The notes beneath the pieces are model-generated. The model searched no databases. It saw only the letters and a list, made by a program, of their open reading frames with translations, and was not told where the DNA came from. This document shows positions 52,908 through 64,000 of a DNA stretch of 64,000 bases, in pieces (within the stretch, counting starts at the first letter, position 1; each line of letters opens with the position of its first letter). This DNA is from Octopus bimaculoides. Taxonomy: Eukaryota. The stretch is from the NCBI RefSeq assembly GCF_001194135.2, contig NC_068981.1:56563180-56627179 (forward strand). Direction: 5' to 3'. A program made the translations under genes and the position numbers.

Positions 52908-55689
52908 GTTTGATTTAAGTCCTTAAATAAGTTGAAGTGCTCTTGTCTGTAGCTATCAACTTACTTGGCATTCATATTATATGTAATGATATGTACATCA
53001 TCATCATCATATAGACTATATTTATAAGTATAGGACTTATTATTTAACAAAAGTAAACTATGAAAATAATAACAAATGTAAACGATAACAATAAGCTTCA
53101 GTAGAAATCAATGCTGCCTATTGCTTCATTGAAACAAACTTTTTCATTACCCAAAAAGCATTATCGACAGCAAGTAATATCCCTAAGTTTATGATTATAT
53201 TAATGTGTAAATTGGTAAGTGAGAACGAAATTTATTACACTTCTAGGGGAAAAAATTGGCCATGGATGAGGGGAATTTAATTATGTCAAATTGGGTAAAT
53301 TTATATAATTTTGTTTTTTATTTGAATCATTGAACATGTGAGGTCGATGCGACGGAGGGTGTGATTTAATATGCTGCGCAAATATTTGATCACTATAAAG
53401 CAAATCATCTGCGCAGGTTGTTCAGCAAGTAAATGAGGAACTTTCACCTGCCGTCTACGACAGGAGAGTCCACGAAAAAGAATAGTTGATCAACTATACG
53501 GTTATTTCATAGCGGTAAATTTTTTGCTTCATTAATTCTAATAATAATCTTGTCTAAGATTGAATTACGTATACCGAATAAAACTCTTTCGTTTGGATTT
53601 ATTAATCTACAAGATGAATTAATAACAATTTTTTGAATGTGGCTCTTAAGCTTAATGTGAAGTATGACTAAAACCTAAATATTTAAATTTGTCATTTTAT
53701 CGAATTGTGTAGCTATTTACTTCGCTTCTAACTTGCAATTCTTCATATAAGCATTTATTTGGTCATACCACTGCTTCAAGGGAGCGGTTTACGTTTCGAA
53801 TACCGAAAGTATATTGCTCGATGTTTTCCTTTCTTTGGTAAGACTTGTAGATATTTTATATGAGTACATAATATGTTTTTTGAGTGATCCTCCGTTATAG
53901 CTAATTAATCGGCCTAAACTGAACTCTGCCATATTTACTGAGTATTCTCACTAATTCGTTTTGCCTCACAGAATAATTCTCAGTACCGCTGTGAAGTATT
54001 CATTCACTTACGTACTCTCTCTATCTTTTCTCTTTCACTTGCACAGTGTATGTAAATGTGTGCGAGGTTACTGATTTGTGTATGTGTGTGTGTGTCTGGT
54101 TGAGAAAGTGAAATGGAAACTATAAACAGCATTCATTTGGAAGTCAGTATGAATATAAATAAATAAAAAGATAAACACACACGTACTCTCAACTGGGTTT
54201 GCACATACTCAATTAACAATTTTGTCCATACAAAAAGACAAAAAAGGACATTTTCAAACGTAATGTAGTTGAAAAAAGTATTTTTCGTCATCTTTTTTTA
54301 AACATTGGTTATCAGTACGAAATAAGTTACGTGAGAGTTCAGTTATTGTCGAAAAGCCTATGTATATTGAATGCATTATATTAAAAGCAACACTTCCTGC
54401 TGTGGTTTCTTAAACTTAATAACGTTATGCCTTTCAAGACTCTGTGGTGTCTACGATGCCCATTCGCTCAATCTTTGTGTTTGCACCAAGTAATTTGGTA
54501 TTTATTCTAAGAAAGATATTTCCTACGGGAAAGAAGAATTCTTATGGGTGACACATCATTATCTAAGAAGTAAAAGATATCAACACTTACACAGATAGGT
54601 AGAAATCGTGACGGGCATTTACATAGCTGAGGGACCTTAATCTATCTACGCGGCAAGACTTGGGTGTCTTGCTATTGTTCACTTCGATGTGTGAGTTGAT
54701 AAGGAATATGTACCACCTATTGTTAGTTTATATGCAAGAAAACTAATCACCAGCCTGACCTCAATATCAGATTACACATGGTTTGTGTATGCATATTTTT
54801 GCTATTCGTTTGATTGTAGTTCGATGTTTTCTTTTTCCTTTCTTTAATTTTTTGTTTTTATCACCAGCTATTGTCTCTGTATCGACTTCATTCTACAGCG
54901 TTCCACAATGTTGTAATTTGAATGAAGTGTTTTGACTCCCACTGCGATTTGGTAGTTGCTGCCCTAGTGCTCGAACTCACGTACATATCTGGTAATGAGA
55001 GACTTAACCTTTCACCTTTTAGAAAGTGAAAAACTAATGAGATTTTTTCTTTTGAGGGGAGAATAGGTGATAGAAGACCAAGAAAATGTAAAATAACAAT
55101 AAAAATGACGAAAGAGTGTAGATATAGTAGAGATAAGTGAAAATATGGGGACAGAGGCGTTTGTACATTTGTGAAAATATAGTAAAATCTGGTTGGATAT
55201 TTATAATATTAAATATGAATTCAATACAGAGGAATTTGCAGTATAAACTGCTCTTGATATAGACATCAATACCTCAAACTTAGAAGGTAGGCGTTGGTCG
55301 ATTACATCGACTCCAGTACATGATTGGTATTTTATTTTAGCCATTCTGGCGGGATGAAAAAAACCCTATACAAAAAGAGCTAGAAGAAGTACGGCGAAAC
55401 ATTTTGTCCGATATTCCAATACAGTTTTCTTTTAGGTAGGGTGCATGCCCCACTTGCAGGGCGTGGGTAAGTTCAGAATAGCACGTATGTATAATGCCGT
55501 TAAATCCTGCAATAATGTTAAACTTCTTTTGGATGTATAAACGCTATAAATACTTAGTCCCTTTATGATTGAGTGCATTTTTTTAAATATATATATATAA
55601 TCGAACTGGGTTGTGGAATAGAATACTGCACTGCTAATCCACCACCTCGTAATGGAAAAGTAAATAATGGTATTACTAATGGTATATAT

Positions 55690-56045
55690 CTAGGTACAAG
55701 ATCAAACATTTCTTGAGTAGATTATTAGACATAAATTGGCCCCACTACGTTTATGTTATCGAACATGGAAAGATAAAAATTAAAGTCATCATCGGTAGGT
55801 CTAAATTCTTATTTATAAAATTGGTTTTCTTTTCAGTTTGTTTTAGCTGATTTTATTATTACTGTTGCTATCAAGACGGCGAACTGGCAGAATCGTTAGC
55901 ACGTCAGAGAAAATGCGAAGTGTCTTTTATAAATAAGAATTTAGACCTAACGAGTTTACCCATCAATAAAAATAGTAATACTAAAGATGAAGGCAATGTC
56001 GACCTCAGCGGAATTTGAACTCAGAACTCAGTAAAGACGGATGAA
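55690..56045 (-). mobile_element. Degenerate Deu/Nin-like SINE fragments interrupted by a templated insertion
   Basis: GTTATCGAACATGGAAAGATAAAAATTAAAGTC.. before the insertion and GGCAATGTCGACCTCAGCGGAATTTGAACTCAG after it. Confidence 0.7.
55796..55949 (+). repeat. 132-bp near-perfect copy of 51724-51855 followed by a 25-bp inverted copy of its own start
   Basis: One mismatch (TTAGTTGA vs TTAGCTGA). 55925-55949 is the reverse complement of 55796-55820. Confidence 0.95.
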
Positions 56046-56110
56046 ATGATATGGTCATTAATTTAGGACAAGGCAAATTGCTATAAAATATATGAAGAAG
56101 GTAAACATTT

Positions 56111-57134
56111 TAGCGAAGAATATAGTAGAAAAATCATTCAAAAGGAGATACAAATATGCAGTCTGGTACACCTATAGTTTAAAACATGTTCTTTAAGATA
56201 GACATGATTGCCAACGGGGAAATGGAAAATAGCGGCCAAAATCCAAAATGGCGTCCAATATTAAAAATTAACAATTGCGATGAACAAGAAATAAGTTTTA
56301 TTATAATAAGCATTATTTATTATGGAATATTTTACACAAATGGCCTTATATTTACCTTTTGAAGGATGTTATACTATTTTCTTCACTGATTCAGGTTATA
56401 CAGGCTTCATCATCAATCAAATCGAAAGCACAAAGGGATGTACAAAGAAAGGCTGACTTCTTGCATGTGCAACGTCCTGCACATTCAGTTTTGCATTGGC
56501 ACTTTTTAAGTGCATGGCATTGTTCTGCTATGGTTCTTAGTTCAGTTCAGTGGATAATGAATGTGCCATCGTCATTATTGTTTCATCCCCAGGTAATGGC
56601 AGTGCTGGCTTCGTCTGGAGGGCCTGGCCCCATATGAGCCCCGCCTGATTTGTTACTCCGCCTGATATGTATAACCTGATTTAGTGAAGATGACAGTAGA
56701 TAAATCTTTCAAAAGGTAAATATAAGGCTATTTGTGTAAAATATTGCATAATAAATAACGTCTATTATAATAAAACTTATTTCCTGTTCATTGCAATTAT
56801 TGATTTTTAATGTTGGACGCCATAATAATATTTTGTGGGGTGGGGGTGCATTTGTGACTCCAAGGGTCAAAAGGGGGCGTTTGGCCAAAATAGGTTGAGA
56901 AACTCTGTTTTAAAATACAGGTGTACCAGACTGCATATTTGTATCACCTTTCGAAGGATTTTTCTACTATCTTCTTCACTATAATGTTGGACGCCATCTT
57001 GGATTATGGCCGCTATTTTCGATTTTCACGTTGGCGATCATACCTATCTTAAAAAGACTGTTGTAAATTAGAGGTGTGCCAAATATCATGTTTGTGTCAC
57101 CTTTTACAATATTTGAAGTTTATCCTACTCACTA
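56111..57134 (-). mobile_element. Non-autonomous Academ-type DNA transposon with long modular inverted repeats around a Cys8-finger remnant
   Basis: Inner inverted repeat 56248-56402 / 56668-56823; outer inverted matches 56112-56260 vs 56908-57060; central minus-strand TWG*..TELRTIAEQCHALKKCQCKTECAGRCTCKKSAFLCTSLC; TAG...CTA ends. Confidence 0.65.
56825..56907 (-). mobile_element. hAT (Charlie-like) terminus inserted in the right arm
   Basis: Reverse complement starts CAGAGTTTCTCAACCT (CAGxGxTTCTCAACC-type hAT end) and interrupts the inverted-repeat alignment. Confidence 0.5.
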
Positions 57135-57646
57135 TTTAGATATAATACAGAGATAAACAAATGTCCACACATACATACATACATACATACAAAAACACAA
57201 ATATGCCTAATCGACTCATACGCGGATGAGAAGCTGCAACCCCGGTTAGATAGGCGTACTACAGATCCCCGACCGCTTTCTACGCCTGGTTCGGTATTCT
57301 TTTACAGCCAAAAGTTTCTGTGAGCAACCCGTGTATAATAGCCGAAACAAGAATCATCTCACATCCTCTAGGTAGACTTGTTTTAGGTGATGATGAACAT
57401 TCAGTTTGACTTCCATTTAATAGTTAATCATTTGTGCGTCTTTTGAATTCTGGGCCTACTTTATCCACCTCAATCGGCACACCGTTCTCTATGTCTTTCA
57501 TCAAGTCAATCATTAGGTCTATCGGAAACTTACTGGCACTCCAATCAATACATTTTGTTCAATTGTTATTTGTGAGAAATTGAGGATTTGAATAGAGGGG
57601 TTAGAGTGATTGAGAGCGAGGGAGAGAGAGAGAGAGAGAGAGAGAA

Positions 57647-57677
<31 letters not shown>

Positions 57678-58718
57678 GAGAAAAGAAACGACTAACTATC
57701 CGTTCTTTCAATAGGCAGCCTTGAAACCTTATTTTTACAGCAGTCCCGCTACATAAGAAACATATTTTAATCAAGACGGCTATAAAATTATCCAAATAGA
57801 GATAGTAACAGATTAACCAATCACAGTACTCGTTAAATTTAGTTAAGTGGGTATAGTGGATATGGTAGGCAATGGAAAACGATATAAATCATATAAGACA
57901 ATCTAACTTTCACTCGTTAATGGGGATCACGACCAGTCAGGGAATATCAAGCAGACGCGTATTATGTGGGTTATTGCCTGAACATCTAGGCGCGATATAC
58001 TGAGTTTCCCGTGATAGTCTTAATTTTAGGTGAACTTTGTGTGATTGTATCGCTAACCGATGTTCGTGACTATGCAACACGCAACACTTTGTCTTCTCTG
58101 GGGTTTCTTATATTTTGCAGTTTCAGTGTTGTAGAAATGTGCTATTTCAATATTGTAGAAACGTTGTATACTTATTTTGCCTACAGATTGTATCGAATAT
58201 TCAAGTTGATGTGTCTGATGGTCGGTTGTATACTCCGTGCATCAATGGTAGGCGTAAGAAGGAATAGCATAAATAAAATACCGAGAATATCCTCCTGGGA
58301 TGTCCACATATCTTGAGAAGAGCTGCATTAATATACAAATAATAGATACACACTTGTACACCCAAATATATACGTAATTATGTGTACGCGAGTATGAATA
58401 TTGTTTATGAGTCTATAATTTTATAGGTGTCTGTATGTGTAGGGATATGAATACATGTATATATGTGTATACCTTTTTTAAGCTATAGGAACGTGTACAT
58501 ACATATCAATATGTGTGAATGTGATTGTAGATATGAATTATTTAAAAACAGATGCTCGCAAACCAAATGATCTGCGTGAATTACACAGCACTCCCTCTGT
58601 CTGAATGCCAGCGAGATGAATAAAATATCAAAGCACTCAATAGAACTAACCTTTCTGCTAGGATATAATGACGTAAATATTCCTTGCTACTTTAATTCCT
58701 ACAAAGGTTTTACCCTTG

Positions 58719-58817
58719 TTATTTCACCCAAGAGTAAAGAGTCTGAAACAAATGTGTTTGTACTTTAAATACAATGAACACAAGTAACAACGACAATGAC
58801 GCCAGCACCAGTTTCAT
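58719..58817 (-). CDS. Candidate first coding exon or small ORF with a signal-peptide-like N-terminus
   Basis: MKLVLASLSLLLVFIVFKVQTHLFQTLYSWVK*, in a GC/CpG-richer patch, with TATAAAT about 215 bp upstream. No homology recognised. Confidence 0.25.
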   Translation of the reverse strand: MKLVLASLSLLLVFIVFKVQTHLFQTLYSWVK

Positions 58818-59589
58818 GCAACTTTCTACGGCACCATCAGGTGCGCATCCCCGTTTCTGAGGTGTGTGCAGCATCGTCACTTGGGGATGTAGAATTTTTG
58901 TTTGCAGCTATATAAGTTTTTGTAGCAAAATTTATTTTCTTGTTTCTCGTGTCATTTTAGTGTTTCGTCTTTCTGTCGTGTAGATTTTGTGTAACAATTT
59001 GCTATTCTATCAGGGTTGATGGCGTTTCACATTTATAATTTGCGTCTGCGTTATGTTAAGTGCTTTAATGTCGTGTGGTTATTGTGGAGAGTATGTGCAA
59101 TATGGGATGTGATGTGTTATTGAATGTCATCTGTGTAGAATGTATCTGTGTATTGTTCGCTTTATAGTATGGGGTTTCAGTTATGTAAGAATATGCTGTG
59201 TGGTAATATAGGCTGGTTACTGTTTTGAGTATTTGCAGTGTGTGTTGTTTTATACTGTTTGGTGTTGGTTTTCTGGAGTATATTATGGAATGGGTGATAA
59301 TTGTGTAAGGTATGTGTTCTGTGCAGGATACTGCGAGTATAATATGTGTTGTGCTATCGAATTTAAGGAGTCTTGCATGGCATGTGATCTGTACCAACAA
59401 GGGTATTTTTCTTTTCACTATATGAACTCTGCTCTGGTTTTCATTTCTCTCTTCATCTGAAAGGGCGAAAGCCAGAGACGATGTTGGCGATATTTGAATA
59501 CAGAAGGCAGAGCCTGGACTATTGTAAATTGGGACTTTAGTCAACGCTCTAATGACCGTGTCGTTTTGATGCCTCACTTGAAATCACAT

Positions 59590-59727
<138 letters not shown>

Positions 59728-59744
59728 TTTTCTTATATGTAACA

Positions 59745-59960
59745 GTCATTGAACTATGTTCAAGCTGGGACACTGTCTTGAAGTATTTTTGTCGAACAGT
59801 TTAACTCCGGTATTTAATATTTTTAAAGTTTGGCACTCATTCTATCGAACTCTATTGCCGAACCACTAAGTTAGGAGTGCATGAACAAACAAACACCAGT
59901 TGTCAAGCGGACAACATAGACATAAAGAAGCGCGCGCACACACACACACACACACACACA
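59745..59960 (-). mobile_element. Degenerate composite SINE 3' half plus (CA)n
   Basis: CAGTCATTG..TGTCTTGAAG..TTTGGCACTCATTCTATCGAACTCTATTGCCGAACC..CCAGTTGTCAAGCGG matches 26690-26900. Confidence 0.65.
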
Positions 59961-60849
59961 TACTAACTCAGTCACATAGTCATATAATCATTTTATGTAA
60001 TTAAAAAAGATTAACATGTTTTAATATACTGCTTAACACCTCTGCTCTTACCTCGTTGTTATAACATTTTTATATGTATATCAACACATTTTGTAACAGC
60101 TCTGAATGCATTTATTAACAGAATTGTATCTTGTAGCAGAACAAATGAAAATATTGTAATTATTATTGCTGATTATGTTGTTTTTGTTGTTTTGGTTATT
60201 CTTGTTATTGTTCATGAGGATGATGATGATGATGATTATTATTATGATGATATTGTTATTCGTATTCATAATTCTTCCCTGTTTTCGCGAACTCCGAAGA
60301 CTTCGATTATTATCATAAAGTTATTGAATGAAATGTGTTACCTTTTCGGGTTATTTCACAATGGAAGCCTATTTAGAATGCCCGCCGGGCTCTCTAAATG
60401 GATTTTAGCCGGCAAAAATAATTAGGTTGGTTTTCTTAAACATAATAAATTTTTGCAAACCTTCTTGACGCAGCGTAGCAAAATAACGTCCACAACAATA
60501 AATAAAAAAACACTTAATAAATGAATAACAGGACACGACTTACAAAGAAACAACACAAAAAGAAATGAAAATTTACAGTTTTAAATGCATAGACGTGCAT
60601 ATCTCAAAAAAAAAACGTAAAACATTGATTATTATTCTATTGATATTATTAACGGAAAGACACAAAATGTGGTCTGGGCGATATTGCAAGTAATAAATAT
60701 CATGATTCTTGATGCACACAGACTGAGCGAAAATAGAGACAGAAATATTTCTGAAGACGATTGTTCTGGTTGTATTGCTAGGCTAACTGAAAACTGGACA
60801 TGACTAACTAACGCGTAAGCAAGTAACATAAAAAAAGAGAAAGATCCTT

Positions 60850-61086
60850 ACTGAGTCATGGCGACTCATAAAGCCGACTTCCCGTATTCTCTCGTGTATA
60901 TATTACACACTCTAAACGGGACGCCGGTCCGTCGCAGTAATACTCATTCTTGCCAACTGGAGCAACGTGAAATGAAGTGTTTTACTTGAGATCAAGAACA
61001 CAACGCATAGCCCGGTCCGAAATCGAAACCACAATCTTACGACCATGAGTTCTACACTATTCTCACTAAGCCACGCGCCTCCACCA
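60850..61086 (-). mobile_element. tRNA-derived SINE with CORE-like domain
   Basis: Reverse complement GTGGAGGCGCGTGGCTTAGTG..GTGGTTTCGATTTCGGACCGGG..GTTCTTGA..AAACACTTCATTTCACGTTGCTCCAGTT. Confidence 0.75.
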
Positions 61087-61662
61087 TAAGCAAGTAGTAC
61101 GATAACGTTATTTGAAACTAGGCAGTCCCTCGTGACCTGGACAGTATACAAACGAATATCGGTTGTTTCCATAACACTAGTTGGGAAGGGCTTAAGAAGT
61201 TTGTAGGAACATTTTGTTCCCACTATTCTATATTATGAAGAAGAAGAATTGATAACTAATCAATCTGAATACTGAATATTTTGTTGATATTCTTCAGGTT
61301 TTTATTTTAGTTTTTGGCTTTTTTATAGCGTCTAATTACAGGCTAGGTAAAACAGACGATTAAAATCCGAAGGAAATGTTCAAAACCTTGCATTAAAGGT
61401 GTTAGGATTGATTCTTGTTTGAAGTAAAGGATAACTTTTTAACGCAAGCATATTTGTAAAAGTAACTGTTGTTTTGAAAATTCCCATAGAATCTGTTTAC
61501 TAACTTTTATATAAACAATTTATTTTAACATTTTATCTATATATTTTATTTTATTTATTTATTTGGATATTGCTTGTATACCGTTGCCGAAATTTTCATT
61601 AATTTATATTTTCTAGGTTCATCAGCAAAGTTTTTATAAATAGGAACAAACATGTAATCTAT

Positions 61663-62208
61663 TCAATGCTGGAATTGTTTATATTTTCGATAAAATTCTT
61701 GTAAATGTTTTCTTTCAAATATTTTCACAATATTCTCAATATTTCTCAGAATTCTCCGGAGGAAATTAATGAGAAACGTATCTTCGTTACTAGAGAAAAT
61801 TGGGAATTTAAAGATTAAGCAAGAAGTACGGTAGTTGAAGGAACAACTTCTAACCCTATTCTCACAAAAACAATGGGAAGAACAAGGCGATCTGTAGCAC
61901 GAGCAGTAATTGACAATGCTGTTAGTCAAGCAGACCAGCAAAACGATCAGTGTCGGCGTAACTGTGGAAGTAACTCGAGCAGCAGTACCACATGAAGCAA
62001 CAGCCACTTTGGTACTAAAATATAAACCAACACCACAGATATCTCTGGAAAGCAGGTGAGCCAACAACTTATCCTCTTGGCGTTTATTCGACCTTCCTAG
62101 GAATAACAGCCAAATTTCTCTCAAATCGCAAACTTGTTCATTTTTTTTAAAAAAAGGGATATTTTCTGTTTGGCTGCCATTTTTCAGTTTCTTCAATATA
62201 TCTTCCAA
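61663..62208 (-). pseudogene. 181-aa open ORF resembling the C-terminus of an Academ-type transposase (Cys-rich finger)
   Basis: QVCDLREIWLLF..EDKLLAHL (VNxLRxxLF..LPPTxDxLxxH-like), then NSIVNYCSCYRSPCSSHCFCENRVRSCSFNYRTSC (CxC-x4-C-x3-CxC-x6-C pattern). Confidence 0.4.
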
Positions 62209-62455
62209 TTGATTTTATATTTAGTGTATTAGTGTAGTTTTGTATGATAACTATTGATATGAAATTCATTTTCGCTTTAAATTAATAAATAAGCGGTTAA
62301 TAGCTTTTAAAATTTGCAAATTTGGGGTAATTTTAGCCAATCGAAAGCCACATATAAGTGCCCGCTTTCATAGTAACAATCCAAGCATGAGAACTCATCT
62401 GTCTGGCGAGAAAGCACATATGTTGGCGAATGTATTTTCCGCTAAACCACGTGGT

Positions 62456-63470
62456 GGTAACGATCAGCCTCGGGAAATGTAATGGTGGTAGCTGTCAGCG
62501 TCCAGAAATGTAATGACGGTAACGATCAGCGTCGGGATATGCAATGACGGTAACGATCAGCGTCGGGAGTTGTAATGACGGTAACGATCAGCGTCGGGAT
62601 ATGCAATGACGGTAACGATCAACGTCGGGAAATGTAATGACGGTAACGATCAACGTCGGGAAATGTAATGACGGTAACGATTAGCGTCGGGAAATTTAAT
62701 GACGGTAACGATCAGCGTCAGTGGAGGCGCAATGGCCCAGTAGTTAGGGCAGCGGACTCGCGGTCGGAGGATCGCGGTTTCGATTCCCAGACCGGGCGTT
62801 GTGTGTGTTTATTGAGCGAAAACACCTAAAGCTCCACGAGGTTCCGGCAGGAGGTAGTGTACTCTTTCGCCCCAACTTTCTCTCACACTTTCTTCCTGTT
62901 TCTTGAGTAAAAAGCTGCGATGGACTGGCGTCCCGTTCAGCTAGTGGGGAACATATACGCCACGGAAACCGGGAAACCGGTCCTATGCTCCACAAGGGGC
63001 TAAGAGGATTTCCAACGATCAGCGTCGGGAAATGTAATGACGGTAACGATCAGCGTGGGAAATGTAATGATGCTAATGATCAGCGTCGGAAAGTGCAATG
63101 ATGGTAACGATTAGTATCGGCAAGGTAATGATAACGATTAACACGATAAGGTAACGGTAACGGTTAGCATCGAGAAACGCAGTTATTATGATTAGCGTCA
63201 CGAAATATAGTAGTTAGGATGAGAGCCAGAAAATCTATTGGCAACGGTTAACGATAGTAAATATGATTAGCATTAGTGCCGGTAAAACTAATGAATAGCG
63301 TCGGAAAAAGGTAATCATAGAGATAAGTTTTAGCAACTTACTGAAAAATGTGATGGAAACGATTAGTATTTTGGAAACACATTTTTAAGATTAACGTCGC
63401 AAAAAGTATTAGTTAAGATAAGCATCGAAAAAAGCTAGTTATGTTGGATAAGTGTCGGTAAGGTAGAGAT
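62456..63470 (+). repeat. 31-bp CpG-rich minisatellite, GGTAACGATCAGCGTCGGGAAATGTAATGAC
   Basis: Units start at 62456, 62487, 62518, 62549, 62580, 62611, 62642, 62673 and 62704. The array resumes at 63014 and decays toward about 63470. Confidence 0.95.
62720..63013 (+). mobile_element. tRNA-derived SINE (V/Meta-like 3' domain) inserted in the minisatellite with a 13-bp TSD
   Basis: A-box TGGCCCAGTAG, B-box GGTTTCGATTCC, GCTGCGATGGACTGGCGTCCCG..GAAACCGGG. AACGATCAGCGTC occurs at 62707-62719 and 63014-63026. Confidence 0.92.
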
Positions 63471-63504
63471 AACAATTGTTAGTGAGGGATGATACGTGGT
63501 TTGA

Positions 63505-63860
63505 AGGTGGCACCCGCCAAGTTTGTTATTTTGAAAAATACTTAATTTTTAATGTGCTGCTTATCGCATTAAATGTATATTGAATGCTTAAATCTACAAA
63601 ATATGTGTTAGTTACTTGTTTCTTTTTTTGACATTTTTCGCTTATTAAATACTTAAAACACATGACATATGAAGTGGTCGTGAAATTATAGCTAAATAAG
63701 CCTTAAATCACCCACCAAAATTCTTTTTTTTTTTTGTAGTTTTTGCATAATCGTTTGAATTCCTATGTGTAGAATACAAATTCGCAAAAATTTTCTGAAA
63801 ATTCTAAAAAATAAAAACATTTATGAGGAGTTAATAGGTCTTGCGTAAAGCAGAATTTCA
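63505..63860 (+). mobile_element. Possible Kolobok-like non-autonomous element end
   Basis: TTGA|AGGTGGCACCCGCC start (TTAA|RR-like) and downstream AAAATTTTCTGAAAATTC..GAGTT subterminal-like motifs. Weak. Confidence 0.25.
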
Positions 63861-64000
63861 CCAGTATTCCATTTGTTTACAGTTTCATATCAAAACGCGT
63901 GTAGATTTCGGAATGTTGACAACACGTGCTGTCACACACAAAACGATAGCTTTCAAATCCTGTTTTGTGACTGGGTAAAACCTGTAGCTATTTAAAATTT

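Noticed and set aside
62721-62800. tRNA gene
   Set aside because: The tRNA-like A/B boxes run directly into a SINE body with a TSD. The same applies to the other SINE heads.
62456-63140. Regular ~31-bp repeats as a CRISPR array
   Set aside because: The units are contiguous with no unique spacers, there are no cas genes, and the context is eukaryotic.
62420-63525. Short inverted matches (AAACCACGT, TTGGCG) flanking the minisatellite as MITE TIRs
   Set aside because: Only 9 plus 6 bp with unequal spacing and no TSD, so likely chance.

Overview
AT-rich eukaryotic genomic DNA from a gapped draft assembly, with about 11 N-gaps that nearly all abut (TA)n/(CA)n/(TAA)n microsatellites. The repeat landscape resembles a coleoid cephalopod such as Octopus; this is an inference from the SINE, LINE and microsatellite types. 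I found no host protein-coding gene, rRNA, true tRNA gene or CRISPR array that I can support. The window is mostly decayed mobile DNA: L1/Tx1-clade, R4/Dong-clade and RTE LINEs, Penelope-like elements, mariner, Academ-type (XPG/Cys8), hAT and possibly Kolobok DNA-transposon remnants, and several tRNA-derived SINE families. The most interesting signals are: (1) hammerhead-ribozyme folds, including three dispersed copies that share a non-canonical (C)UGUYGANGA core; (2) a 132-bp templated insertion copied from 4 kb upstream with a fold-back end; (3) a nested long-inverted-repeat Academ-like element, plus a still-open 181-aa Academ-like Cys-rich ORF; (4) a head-to-tail chain of Dong-like elements separated by (TAA)n; (5) a SINE with a perfect 13-bp target-site duplication (TSD) inside a 31-bp minisatellite; (6) a SINE-derived fold-back hairpin. 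All family assignments come from motif recognition by eye and need database confirmation.
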